The position numbers and the translations under genes were made by a program. Shown in pieces: positions 30,355 to 40,224 of a DNA stretch of 64,000 nucleotides. This DNA is from an uncultured Verrucomicrobiota bacterium (GTDB lineage: Bacteria; Verrucomicrobiota; Kiritimatiellia; JAAZAB01). The stretch is from the NCBI GenBank assembly GCA_964475165.1, contig CAYYVN010000007.1, forward strand, positions 44,178 through 108,177. The letters run 5' to 3'. Numbering within the stretch: the stretch's first letter is position 1; every line of letters starts with the position of its first letter. Under the pieces are notes generated by a model. The model was not told the origin of the DNA and ran no database searches. It was given only the letters and a program-made list of their open reading frames with translations.

Positions 30355-31176
30355 TCAGGTATCTTCTTCCTTATCCTGCGGATCCAGCTTCAGGCCTCTG
30401 ATATCGCCCTCGAAGCCGTTTTCCTCAATGAAGGTGGCGTTCATGATGCACACCATGCGTTCCGCATCATCGCCATCAGGGCTCTGGACTTTCCTGGTTT
30501 GGCGCTGGAACATTCCCGCGATGGTCACATTGTGCCCCTGAGACACGCCGGAGACGCTGAATTGGGCCTGCTGGGTATTGGCCGTTAGGCCGATGCGCCC
30601 CTCATAGCGGCTATTATTGTTATCGATGATCTGCAGATGGTCGCCGGTTTGATAGACCACAAAAGAATAAATGGGCTTACCGACATTACCCTGCGATTCG
30701 ATATAGGAATAGTTAGCCAGGAGCGGAGTGCTCTTGGCGATGGGGGCCGGGAAGTTTAGCGTCCAAGCTCGGGTAGCATAATTGACGGTGCCGAAGGAAC
30801 CATCATTCGGCGCCACCTGCAAATTGAAGGTGCCCGTGCCGGTGCTGCCGGTATCCGTGAAGCGGTAAGCGCCGACGATGATGGTCAGCGTACCTCCGAC
30901 TGGCACATGCGATAAAGCCCCCGCAAAAGCGGTCGAGGAGCCGTTCCCGGTGGCGATTTGCTCTTCCACGACTTGATTGGTGGCCGAGGCTTCACCGAAG
31001 CCGCGCACCAAAAAGCCGCCATCCTCGGCCTTATAGACACCGCTGAAATCCAAGACCGCCGCATTAGTGCCGAACTGACTTTCACTCCAGGTATCCACAT
31101 TACTGGTCCACTCGCAACTGCATAGAAGCATTGCGCCGACGATCAAACCGCTGCCAAGCCACCATATCTTTTTCAT
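30355..31176 (-). CDS. Secreted or lipoprotein-like beta-rich hypothetical protein, immediately downstream of the giant surface-protein gene
   Basis: N-terminus MKKIWWLGSGLIVGAMLLCSC is a signal peptide with a possible lipobox. The body is rich in G, T, S and N. No enzymatic motifs. Confidence 0.4.
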   Translation of the reverse strand: MKKIWWLGSGLIVGAMLLCSCEWTSNVDTWSESQFGTNAAVLDFSGVYKAEDGGFLVRGFGEASATNQVVEEQIATGNGSSTAFAGALSHVPVGGTLTIIVGAYRFTDTGSTGTGTFNLQVAPNDGSFGTVNYATRAWTLNFPAPIAKSTPLLANYSYIESQGNVGKPIYSFVVYQTGDHLQIIDNNNSRYEGRIGLTANTQQAQFSVSGVSQGHNVTIAGMFQRQTRKVQSPDGDDAERMVCIMNATFIEENGFEGDIRGLKLDPQDKEEDT

Positions 31177-31202
31177 GATAGTTTTTGCCTTTCGAGTTTC
31201 TG

Positions 31203-34200
31203 CTAGCGTCCCCTGGTGACCGGCACGGCGCCGGGCCAGCCGAGGGGCACCTCATAGCGCTGGCCGGCAATGGTATGAATATACCACACACCCGTGGCCG
31301 GATCATAGAGGCCCAGGTCGCGCCGGCCATCGCCGTCGTAATCGCCGGGCACCGGAATAACGCCGGGCCATCCAAATTGCATGGAGGCAAATCCCTTCCA
31401 GGTATAGGCATGCCAGATGCCCGTGGGCACTTCATAGAGAGCTACATCATAGCGGCCATCGCCGTCGTAGTCGCCCGGCACCGGAATGCAATCCGCGTGG
31501 CCGAGCCCGAAGGGATCGCCGGAGATATACTGCCCGCGCGCGGTCTGAATATGCCAGGTTTGATCGGGCAGATGATAGACGGCCAGATCGTAGCAGCCAT
31601 CGCCGTCGTAATCGCCCGGCACCGGAATGCAGTTGGCATTGCCAAACTGGACCCATGCATACTGGCGCGTATGCGGAGAATAGAGGTGCCAGATGCCGGT
31701 GGCCAGATCATAGACGCCCAGGTCGGTGCGAAAATCACCATCATAATCGGCTGGCACAGGGATCATCTGCGCATCGCCAAAGCTGAGGGCGTGCACGCGA
31801 TCATCCTGCCAGGTATAGATATACCAGGCGCCGGAGGCGGCGTCGTAGAGGGCCACATCCGTGCGGCCATCGCCATCGTAATCGCCCAGCAGAGGTTGCT
31901 GGGTGATGGCCGTGCCGAATCTCCCCGCGATTTGCCCCTGCCAGGTCACCAGGCTCCAGATGTTATCGGTCGGGCTGTAGAGACTGGCATCGGAGCGGCC
32001 ATCGCCATCGTAATCGGCCGGGCTGGCACAGGGACCATAGCAGGGCGGCGCGTAACGAGGATAGCTGTTGGGATCGAGCGGGTCGGTATGATAGCGCCGC
32101 AATTCGGCGCCATCGGAATAGCCATCGCCATCGGTATCCCAGCGGGTGGGATTGAGCGATTTCCCGGTGGGATTATAGACGGGATCATAAGGATCATACT
32201 CCGGGCCACCATAGGTAGCCTCGAACAAATCGGGCAGGCCATCGCCATCGGTATCGAAGAGGGTTGGATCGGTATCGAGCAGATCCAGGGCGTATTCGGT
32301 GATGTTATCCAAACCATCCTTATCGTAGTCCATATCGCCGGTTTGATTCATACTGCCGAAATATGACATTTCCCAAGCATCGGGCAGCAGATCGTTATCG
32401 GTATCGCGATCGCGCAGGATGATCTTGGTGCCGCCCACGAAGCCGGCGCTGATCAAGTCGATAGCCCGCGGATAATAATCGTTGTGAGGATCTTTAACGA
32501 AGCCCCAAGACTCCCAATAATCCAGCTGATGATTGCGCGCGCCGCCCACTGGTGTGGTATCGATAAAGGCGCGGAGATAATAGATATCGCGTTTGAGCCC
32601 GCGGATGATAAAGGAAGTTTTCATGGGATCAGCCGTACAGGCCGGCGTGCAGAGCACGCGGGCTTCCGGCTCGCCACTGAAGCCTGGATTGGTGAAAGCT
32701 TCCACATAGATGTTGGTGGCATGCGCTTTGCCGAAATAATACAGCTGGCCGGAGATCCACAGGGAATTGGTGGAGGTCAGATTGATATTGAAGGTTTGCA
32801 CCTCCGACCAGGCGCTCTCACCATTGGGATTGCCGGCCGCCAGACGCCAATAATAAGCGCCATTGCCCCATTCGCCCAGGTAGAAAGGCAGATGATCGCG
32901 ATAGATGCCATCCTTATCCGGATAGGGTGCCGGCAGGTAATAGTTAGTGAGGATATTATAAGCCGCATTGGCCACCTGCACATGGTAGTAGGTGGCATAG
33001 TTATCCATGGTCCAGGCCAGTTGGCCGCGCGCATAATAGAAGACATCGCCGCGCGGAGCAATCAAGCGCGGCCGGCTCAGGCTGGCGGGCCAGCGCACTT
33101 CGAAAGTGCCGTTTTGGGAGCCAACCCACCACTGGTAGGTGCCGGCGCCCAAGCCATAAAAGCCTTCCATCTGATAATCCCATTCATGAAAATAATTGCG
33201 CGGCGCACGCAGCGAGCGTTTCAGAATGAGCGGACCGCCGGCGGCGCTGATTTTATTGATAACCACCGTGGAGTTCCTGGCTTGCGCCTCCCAGGCGAAA
33301 CGTCCATAGCCCGGATAGGGATCGCGCAGCCCCAGGTGCACGCCATCCATATCCGCCCAGGCTAAATAATGGGGCTGATCATAAGCCACCCCGCAGGGTT
33401 CATGAGGATCCCAAACGCCATTGCCATTCAAATCCAGGAAGCCGAACAGATAAAATTCGCCTTCCTTTAAGCCGCTGATCGTTGTTTCCGCCCCAGGCCC
33501 AATCCCGTAAGCCACGGCCACGGGCGCGCCATCCATTTTTTCCGTCTGATAGCCCAGAATTATCAAGGAATCCAGATCATAAGCAGCGCCTTGATAATGA
33601 ACCTTAACTTTGACCCCGGGCGTGGGGTAGCTATTGGGATCGGAGGGATCGGTCTCGGCCATGAATTCGGCGTAGTTGCTCCAACCATCGCCATCTTTAT
33701 CGAGATGCGCGTCATAGATGTTGGGGTCAAGCCCGTAGAGCACTTCCCACCAGTCGGGCATGCCGTCGCCATCATCGTAGAGTTCACCCCAGGTACGCTT
33801 GGCCGGGCCACCGCGGCTATCATAATCGCTGATGCCATCGCCGTCGGTATCCCAGGCGCGCGGATTGGTGTCCGCATGATATTCCGCCAGATTGCTCAAG
33901 CCATCGCCATCCGGATCGCCCCAGGCGCCATTCTCGCCCGTGGCATCGTAGGGATCGAGCCCGTAGAGTATTTCCCACCAATCAGGCAGGCCATCGCCGT
34001 CGGAATCGGTATCGTCGGGGTTATCGCTCAGGCTCAACAACCAGGAGTTGGTGGTCACAGCGCGGGTGCCCATGAAGAGGCATAGATCAGCCATGATGGC
34101 CTGCCCCAGGAAGTTGGTGTCTCCGTAGGGATTGCTCACATTGCGATAGCCCTCGGGCAGGTTATAGAAGATCTCCGGCTCATCATCGGCTTCCCCTTCG

Positions 34201-37200
34201 ACAATTTCATTGGTGGAGATCTGGGGCGGAAAATGGATGCGATCATCCCGCGGCGGCAGCACCGGACGGTGCGCATAGTGGTTTTCGGCGGAGACCAAAT
34301 AATTATAGGGGCTGGCCGCCGAACCGGTATAGACCCGCGAACGCAGGGGATAATCGGTCCACCAGCCGATGGGCGGATGGAATTTCAAGCTGGGATCGAG
34401 GATATCCATGCCCGCCGGCACAATGCCTTCGCTCTGGGGATCGGGCACATCATCGAAGGTGAAATAAGCCTTGAGACTGGAATTGGTTATCTCATCAACG
34501 CTTAAGCGACGATGCTGATCAGCCATGATCTGATCGCGCGTGCGGGTGCCATCCCAGATGCGGACTTCGTCGATCAAGCCAGCATAATAATCGGTGGCAC
34601 GCACCAGCGCACCCGTGGAGACCAGCTCGCCGGCGCTGGCATCGCGCGCGCCGACCATAATGCTGTGCGGCGTGCCGGCAGCGATGTTCGCATTGGTTCC
34701 GAGGGGATAATCATAGCCGGTAGCGGGCAATTCGGTGGTGCGCGTGGCCGAACTGGCTTCGCCGTTGACATAGATAATCAAGTTGGTGCCGTCATAGGAG
34801 CCGGCGATATGCGCCCAGGTATTGGCGCGCAGACGATGGGCCACGCGCGCCGTGGCCTGATAGGCCGCCGGCATGGCGCCGCGCCCGTTATACATGACAT
34901 AGGGCAGGCCGTTGGTGATGCCCAGGCAGAAGTTGGCGCGGGTGAAGTTAGTATCATACTGATAGGGATGCGGATAAGTCCCCGCCCGCTCCACCACCAC
35001 CTGATTGCGCACCGCCGGATTGGCCGGGCAGACCCAGGCTTCCACGCAGAAACGCGAGAGGACCGAATCGGGCGTCCAGAACCAGCCATCCAGGGTACGC
35101 GCAAAATCATCGACGCCATTGAAGGCCAACGCGCGATTGCGGATTGGATTACGCGCATCCAGCGGATCGGAGCCGACGAGCCCGGAGGAGGTATTGACCT
35201 CAAAATAGTCGCCCACCCCATCGTTATCAGTATCGAAGCCCTCATTGACCTCGTAATGAAAGACGGCTTCGTTGCGACCAACGAAGAAATCGCCCACCGA
35301 CATACCCACCCCATAATAGTCGCGGGTATAATTCAAGCTGACAAAGCTGTTGGAATCGGAGGAGTCGGTACGCCAGAGCGGCGTGGGATCAGTGTGATAA
35401 AAGACCCTGTTGGTGTTATAGGAATATTCCTCGAAATTGGGCAGGCCATCGCCATCCGGATCCATCATGCCCAGCCCAAAATTGAAGGGCCCGATCAGCT
35501 TGGCCAGATAAGGCGCCCGCGCGGCGGTGGGTGGATGCATATGCATCGGCAGATATTCGATGAGCTGGCGCAAGGAACGGAACACCTGGGAATCCGTGCC
35601 GAACTGGAACCCCGGTTCATAGGGCGCCGCATCCGGGCTGCCGGTCAGGGCCCCAGGCTGGTTATCTGAGACCAGATCCAGCGCCCCCTTCAAGGGGTTC
35701 AAGCCGTGATAGACCTCCCAATAATCATCCATGCCATCGCCATCGGAATCAGGATTATCGGCCAAGGTGGTGGTATGATAGGTGGGAAGCGCATGCGCCG
35801 CCGGATAATTGGTGCGTAAATAGGCCAGAGGATCGGAGATATCCGCAAAGACATTATTGAGATAGAGGAAAGAGGGACAGGTGAAGAAGTCCGGCGGTAT
35901 AAAGAAACTATAGTGCATCTCATCGGGGTTCATCGGATCCCAGGGCTGCGCGCGACGCGTGCAGAACTTCACGCCCCAGGCCGGGTCGCATTTCTGCCAT
36001 TCCGCGACCGTGCCCGTCCAATACTCGCGCCAGTTCTCCAGACCATCGCCGTCGGGATCCTCGAAAGCATCCGAGACATTGATGTCGGTGCCGGCATAGA
36101 CCTCCCAGCCATCCGGCAACATATCGCCATCGGTATCGGCGCTGGTGGGGTTAGAAAGCAGCATTTTCTCATCGCCATCGCTCAAACCATCCCAATCCGT
36201 ATCATAGGGATGCGGGTCGCACAAGGGCGACATGCCGTTGGTGACAACGCCCGGATCGGTCGGCCAGATCTTGTTGGGCCAGCTGGCCCGGCAGGAATTA
36301 TAGTCATCGGTGGCATTGGACCACTCTTCCCTGTTCAGCAAACCGTCCTCATCATCATCATCCACGGAATCAGGCCCAAAATTGGGATTCATACCAACAT
36401 AGAGTTCCCAGCCATCAGGGATCAGATCCTCATCGGTATCTATGGAGGCCGGATCGGTATAGGCCGTGGCGAACTCTTGCTTACCAGGGGGATCATTCTG
36501 ACTGATCACGCGCCCGCCCGCATTCCAGGATACCCGCCCGTAATAATCGCCGCCCATATATTCCTGATAATTGACATAGGGCAGGGTATTCGGATGGCTC
36601 CTGAGATTGAAGGGATGCTCGCACCAGGCCGTGCGGGGATCGAAGGCCGCCAGACCCGGGAAGGGTCCGTCGATCTGATGTTTATAGACCCAGTCATGCT
36701 TCATATAGGGATTGACGATGGGGATATCCCCCGCGCTGAAATAACTGCTGCTGCCCTTGCGAATCCACACCGGATCGCCCGAGCGATAGAAGGGCAAGCC
36801 GGGTTCCATGCCAAAATAGACCACATCGGTGATTGGCTGCCCCAACGTTCCATCTCGTAGCAGCGCCGGCCAACCTGAATCGGTCACCCCCGTCATCAGC
36901 AGCTGATCATGATAGAGATCGAAGCGGCCGGGCCCATTATCGGTATAGGTGTCGATCCAGGCGCCTAGGATATTATCCATTCCGCCAAAGATACAGAGGG
37001 TCCCCTGCAAGGGCGTGCCTTGGATCAAGCCGTAGGTGGCCGGACCAAGCAGCTGAAGATTGGTGGAGCAGGCGAAATAATCGAGATCAATATTGGTCAT
37101 GCCATCGCTGGCATTCAAGGGATGGCAGGCCGCGGGATTATGCACCTCCCAGTAATCATCCATACTGTCGCCATCGGTATCGGCATGGGTGGGATCGGTG

Positions 37201-39104
37201 CCCAGCAGATATTCCTCCTCATCGGTCAGGCCATCGCCGTCGGTATCCCAGTCGCGCAGCACATAAGGACGCGTCCTGGTCGGCGAGATATAGACCCAGG
37301 AAAGCCCGGCGCTATTGGTGATGCCCTCTTCATAAGCGGTTATCGAGCGCCAATACCAGAAATAATAGCGCCAACCATCCGAGATGCCGTCGCTGCTATC
37401 TTTATCATCCAAACTATCAAACTGGAAAGGCGAAGTGCGCGGATCATCATCGGGACACCAACCATTGGGGCCATTGGTCTTATAGTTATCATCCATACCC
37501 CGACACTCTAACCAGTTATCAAAAGGAGTATTGGTGCGGGCATAGCCGTCGTGCGCGCCATAGTCCGGGTTATACAAGCGCTCGCCGCTCAAGGGATAGG
37601 CGGGCGCGCTACCGCCCGAAGAAGAGTAATAGCAAGTCAGCATATTGGTGTCTTGATAGACATAGCGGGCCGGATTGCCGATCAGCCGCGAGGGAATCCA
37701 ATCGCCATCGGGATTGCCGGCGGCGCCATGGATGCCATCGGCCGATTCGGGATCCAGGCCATAGGCAATTTCCCACTCATCCGGCAGGCCATCGCCATCC
37801 AGGTCGCCCACGTTGTCATGGGGATAATATTCGCGGCTGAACATGAGATACACGAGCCGGTCGTAGGTGGGAGAATAAATGGAGCCACCTTCATAAGCGT
37901 GTTCTTCCATTCTCACGGAAAAAGTGGGCTCGCTGGAAAGAACATAGCGGTTGGTACCCCAGATTTCGTACCAGCGATAAAAGAAGCTGTCGTAGGTGTT
38001 GGTCTCGATCGTCAATGGCTCAGGCAGAGCCGTCAGGGTGATATCGGCATCCGGCGCAAAATACCAGTCCAGGCCATTGAAGGTGCCGGCAGCGCCAGCC
38101 ACCGTATAGGTGCCAGTGCCAACACCGGCCAGGCGATAGGTGGTCGTCGGATCCTGCGGATGGTCGTGATCGTAAATCACCACTCGCAACCTGGGGCCGG
38201 TGGCGTAAGGCGCCACTAAGGTCACGGTGCGGTTACTGACAACCAGGGTCTGGCTGGGCGGCGTGAAGTATCCCGGGATATCATCGAATTCCAGGGTATA
38301 TTCCCCGGAAGGCGCATTGGAGATAACAGTGTAGCCGGTGCCGGTGACTAGATTGGTGTAATCCTCAGGATGGGCGGTGATCTCCCAGGTAAAATTGGTC
38401 AAATGCGCGGGAGTATTGGTGATGATGATCGTGCCGCGGATCCGGTTATAGGTGCCCGTAAAGACCGGCGCATCTGCGCCCGTGATCGTGTTGGTCTGGC
38501 GGCTGGGCGTCGTATAGCCAACCACAGGCTGAAAGGCCAACGTATAGGTGCCGGTGGGGATGGCCTCAAAAAACTCCTCGCCGACGCCATTGGTGCCCTG
38601 CTCGAGCCAGGCGAATGAGTTGGTGAAATTGGCTGGCCAGGAGAGCAGGCTCCAGGCCGCATCCAGGGCATTGGAGTGGTCGTCCTCCACGACGATCGTA
38701 AAACTGTTGCTGAAGGGTTGATACAATGCGGTATTGGTGAAGTGCTCATTTTCGATCGTCACCGCAACCGACGAGGGCGTATAATAATTGCCCATGATCC
38801 GAAAATTGATGATATATTCACCGGCGGGCAGATTGGAAACAGTGTACCCGCTCGGCAGATTGTCAAACAATCCCGCTATGGCCCAGCGCGCATCATCGAG
38901 AAAGCGGGCGCGTTCGGAAAGATAATCGCTGCCGGGATAGTTGGTGGCCGGCGCTAGATGATAGGCCAGATTGGCATCAGCCAAAGCCAAGCCCGGCACC
39001 AGCGCCAGAGCCAGGAGAGCGCCCTTGAGTCGAAGATGTTGAACGGCTTTAATCATGTCAAGACTTATGGGCGCATCATAGCAGCTCAATTCCAGAAAGC
39101 TCAA
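31203..39104 (-). CDS. Giant (2,633 aa) secreted multidomain protein: signal peptide, three N-terminal beta-sandwich repeats, many thrombospondin-type-3-like Ca-binding D-rich repeats, a LamG/ConA-like lectin domain, and a C-terminal six-blade FG-GAP beta-propeller
   Basis: Signal peptide MIKAVQHLRLKGALLALALVPGLALADA. Repeats GEYIINFRIMGNYYTPS, GTYTLAFQPVVGYTTPS and GEYTLEFDDIPGYFTPPS. D-x-D-x-DG motifs (DTDGDGLSDGDE, DSDGDGMDDYWE, and others). LamG-like ALAFNGVDDFARTLDGWFW...IAGSYDGTNLIIYVNGE...DEVRIWDGTRTRDQI. FG-GAP blades ADYDGDGRSD..., GDYDGDGRTDVALYD..., VPADYDGDFRTDLGVYD..., VPGDYDGDGCYDLAVYH..., VPGDYDGDGRYDVALYE..., VPGDYDGDGRRDLGLYD... Confidence 0.8.
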   Translation of the reverse strand: MSFLELSCYDAPISLDMIKAVQHLRLKGALLALALVPGLALADANLAYHLAPATNYPGSDYLSERARFLDDARWAIAGLFDNLPSGYTVSNLPAGEYIINFRIMGNYYTPSSVAVTIENEHFTNTALYQPFSNSFTIVVEDDHSNALDAAWSLLSWPANFTNSFAWLEQGTNGVGEEFFEAIPTGTYTLAFQPVVGYTTPSRQTNTITGADAPVFTGTYNRIRGTIIITNTPAHLTNFTWEITAHPEDYTNLVTGTGYTVISNAPSGEYTLEFDDIPGYFTPPSQTLVVSNRTVTLVAPYATGPRLRVVIYDHDHPQDPTTTYRLAGVGTGTYTVAGAAGTFNGLDWYFAPDADITLTALPEPLTIETNTYDSFFYRWYEIWGTNRYVLSSEPTFSVRMEEHAYEGGSIYSPTYDRLVYLMFSREYYPHDNVGDLDGDGLPDEWEIAYGLDPESADGIHGAAGNPDGDWIPSRLIGNPARYVYQDTNMLTCYYSSSGGSAPAYPLSGERLYNPDYGAHDGYARTNTPFDNWLECRGMDDNYKTNGPNGWCPDDDPRTSPFQFDSLDDKDSSDGISDGWRYYFWYWRSITAYEEGITNSAGLSWVYISPTRTRPYVLRDWDTDGDGLTDEEEYLLGTDPTHADTDGDSMDDYWEVHNPAACHPLNASDGMTNIDLDYFACSTNLQLLGPATYGLIQGTPLQGTLCIFGGMDNILGAWIDTYTDNGPGRFDLYHDQLLMTGVTDSGWPALLRDGTLGQPITDVVYFGMEPGLPFYRSGDPVWIRKGSSSYFSAGDIPIVNPYMKHDWVYKHQIDGPFPGLAAFDPRTAWCEHPFNLRSHPNTLPYVNYQEYMGGDYYGRVSWNAGGRVISQNDPPGKQEFATAYTDPASIDTDEDLIPDGWELYVGMNPNFGPDSVDDDDEDGLLNREEWSNATDDYNSCRASWPNKIWPTDPGVVTNGMSPLCDPHPYDTDWDGLSDGDEKMLLSNPTSADTDGDMLPDGWEVYAGTDINVSDAFEDPDGDGLENWREYWTGTVAEWQKCDPAWGVKFCTRRAQPWDPMNPDEMHYSFFIPPDFFTCPSFLYLNNVFADISDPLAYLRTNYPAAHALPTYHTTTLADNPDSDGDGMDDYWEVYHGLNPLKGALDLVSDNQPGALTGSPDAAPYEPGFQFGTDSQVFRSLRQLIEYLPMHMHPPTAARAPYLAKLIGPFNFGLGMMDPDGDGLPNFEEYSYNTNRVFYHTDPTPLWRTDSSDSNSFVSLNYTRDYYGVGMSVGDFFVGRNEAVFHYEVNEGFDTDNDGVGDYFEVNTSSGLVGSDPLDARNPIRNRALAFNGVDDFARTLDGWFWTPDSVLSRFCVEAWVCPANPAVRNQVVVERAGTYPHPYQYDTNFTRANFCLGITNGLPYVMYNGRGAMPAAYQATARVAHRLRANTWAHIAGSYDGTNLIIYVNGEASSATRTTELPATGYDYPLGTNANIAAGTPHSIMVGARDASAGELVSTGALVRATDYYAGLIDEVRIWDGTRTRDQIMADQHRRLSVDEITNSSLKAYFTFDDVPDPQSEGIVPAGMDILDPSLKFHPPIGWWTDYPLRSRVYTGSAASPYNYLVSAENHYAHRPVLPPRDDRIHFPPQISTNEIVEGEADDEPEIFYNLPEGYRNVSNPYGDTNFLGQAIMADLCLFMGTRAVTTNSWLLSLSDNPDDTDSDGDGLPDWWEILYGLDPYDATGENGAWGDPDGDGLSNLAEYHADTNPRAWDTDGDGISDYDSRGGPAKRTWGELYDDGDGMPDWWEVLYGLDPNIYDAHLDKDGDGWSNYAEFMAETDPSDPNSYPTPGVKVKVHYQGAAYDLDSLIILGYQTEKMDGAPVAVAYGIGPGAETTISGLKEGEFYLFGFLDLNGNGVWDPHEPCGVAYDQPHYLAWADMDGVHLGLRDPYPGYGRFAWEAQARNSTVVINKISAAGGPLILKRSLRAPRNYFHEWDYQMEGFYGLGAGTYQWWVGSQNGTFEVRWPASLSRPRLIAPRGDVFYYARGQLAWTMDNYATYYHVQVANAAYNILTNYYLPAPYPDKDGIYRDHLPFYLGEWGNGAYYWRLAAGNPNGESAWSEVQTFNINLTSTNSLWISGQLYYFGKAHATNIYVEAFTNPGFSGEPEARVLCTPACTADPMKTSFIIRGLKRDIYYLRAFIDTTPVGGARNHQLDYWESWGFVKDPHNDYYPRAIDLISAGFVGGTKIILRDRDTDNDLLPDAWEMSYFGSMNQTGDMDYDKDGLDNITEYALDLLDTDPTLFDTDGDGLPDLFEATYGGPEYDPYDPVYNPTGKSLNPTRWDTDGDGYSDGAELRRYHTDPLDPNSYPRYAPPCYGPCASPADYDGDGRSDASLYSPTDNIWSLVTWQGQIAGRFGTAITQQPLLGDYDGDGRTDVALYDAASGAWYIYTWQDDRVHALSFGDAQMIPVPADYDGDFRTDLGVYDLATGIWHLYSPHTRQYAWVQFGNANCIPVPGDYDGDGCYDLAVYHLPDQTWHIQTARGQYISGDPFGLGHADCIPVPGDYDGDGRYDVALYEVPTGIWHAYTWKGFASMQFGWPGVIPVPGDYDGDGRRDLGLYDPATGVWYIHTIAGQRYEVPLGWPGAVPVTRGR

Positions 39105-39305
39105 TCTTTTTTTTCATTTTTTAAGGGATAAAAATAAATGCGCTAAAAGCTCGGCCGCTCCCTCGGCCGCGCGGAAGCTGCCTAGGCTGAGCAGTCGGCC
39201 CCCCAGCGGTAAGTATAGTTATAGCCCTCAACCCATGAGGGTGCTCCCGCCAAAAAAATCCTTGCCTTGCCTGGTCCTTTCTGCCAAGCTGCAGTAATTC
39301 TTTTT

Positions 39306-39377
39306 GCGAGCGTAGCTCAGTGGTAGAGCTCCACCTTGCCAAGGTGGATGTCGAGGGTTCAAATCCCTTCGCTCGCT
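39306..39377 (+). tRNA. tRNA-Gly (anticodon GCC)
   Basis: Acceptor stem GCGAGCG / CGCTCGC, a D-arm AGCTCAGTGGTAGAGC, an anticodon stem-loop CCACC-TTGCCAA-GGTGG with GCC at 39338-39340, and a T-arm GAGGGTTCAAATCCCTT. Confidence 0.85.
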
Positions 39378-39474
39378 CCCTCCTCCGTCATAGCTGCGGC
39401 CGCCGGGCGGCGCGCTGGTAGCCTGAGCAGAAATCTGGCTGGCGCTACCCCCCCTGCCGGGCCCGCCAACCGGA

Positions 39475-40224
39475 TCAAGAACCGGCCGCCGGCTCAGGTT
39501 CTTCGCCAGCGGCGGGCGGGCGGGTGATATGCATCTGGACCAGGGTTTGATGAGCGGCCTGTTGTTCGGCGGCCCGCTTGGTCGCTCCGCAACCTGTGCC
39601 CAAGGCCCTCCTCCCAATGATAACCTGGACGGTGAAGAGCTTGGAGTGCGAAGGCCCCTCCTGACGCAAAAGGCGATATTGGGGGTTGCATTTCCAGCGC
39701 TGCTGGGCAATCACCTGCAGTTGACCCTTGGGGTTATCGGACCAGGCATCATCCGGCTCGATTTCGATCAAGGGGATGAAAAGCTTCTTGAAAATCCGAC
39801 TCACCGCCGGCAAGCCGCGATCCAGATAGGCCGCCCCTAGAATAGCCTCCATGGCATCGGTGATGATCGAACTGCGCTGCTGACCGCCGGAGAGGCGCTC
39901 GCCCTTGCCCAGCTTGATATATTCGCCCAAACCAATCGCCCGCCCAATATGGGCCAGGGCCTTGCCGCTCGTCAGCCGGCTGCGCATACAGGTCAAGGCG
40001 CCTTCCTGCAGCGTATGGTGGATTTGAAACAGATAAGCGCTGGCCACCAGGCCCAGGGCGGCATCGCCCAGAAACTCCAGGCGCTGGTTATCGGCATCAA
40101 TGCCGGTGGTTTCGAAACGGAAAGAGCGGTGCATGAGGGCCATGGTTAAGAGGGCCCTCTTGCGGAAAGCATAGCCCAGTTTGCGCTCCAGGGCCTGATG
40201 CGGATTATGGAATAGAGATTTCAT
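39475..40224 (-). CDS. rnc: Ribonuclease III
   Basis: The RNase III signature ERLEFLGDAALGLV and a C-terminal dsRBD (HSKLFTVQVIIGRRALGTGCGATKRAAEQQAA). The ATG overlaps the xerD stop (ATGA). Confidence 0.9.
   Translation of the reverse strand: MKSLFHNPHQALERKLGYAFRKRALLTMALMHRSFRFETTGIDADNQRLEFLGDAALGLVASAYLFQIHHTLQEGALTCMRSRLTSGKALAHIGRAIGLGEYIKLGKGERLSGGQQRSSIITDAMEAILGAAYLDRGLPAVSRIFKKLFIPLIEIEPDDAWSDNPKGQLQVIAQQRWKCNPQYRLLRQEGPSHSKLFTVQVIIGRRALGTGCGATKRAAEQQAAHQTLVQMHITRPPAAGEEPEPAAGS

Noticed and set aside
39229-39255. Hairpin CCCTCA-accca-TGAGGG upstream of tRNA-Gly as a terminator for the giant gene
   Set aside because: The A-run, not a T-run, follows it on the + strand, and on the minus strand it lies upstream of the giant gene's start, so the orientation is wrong.
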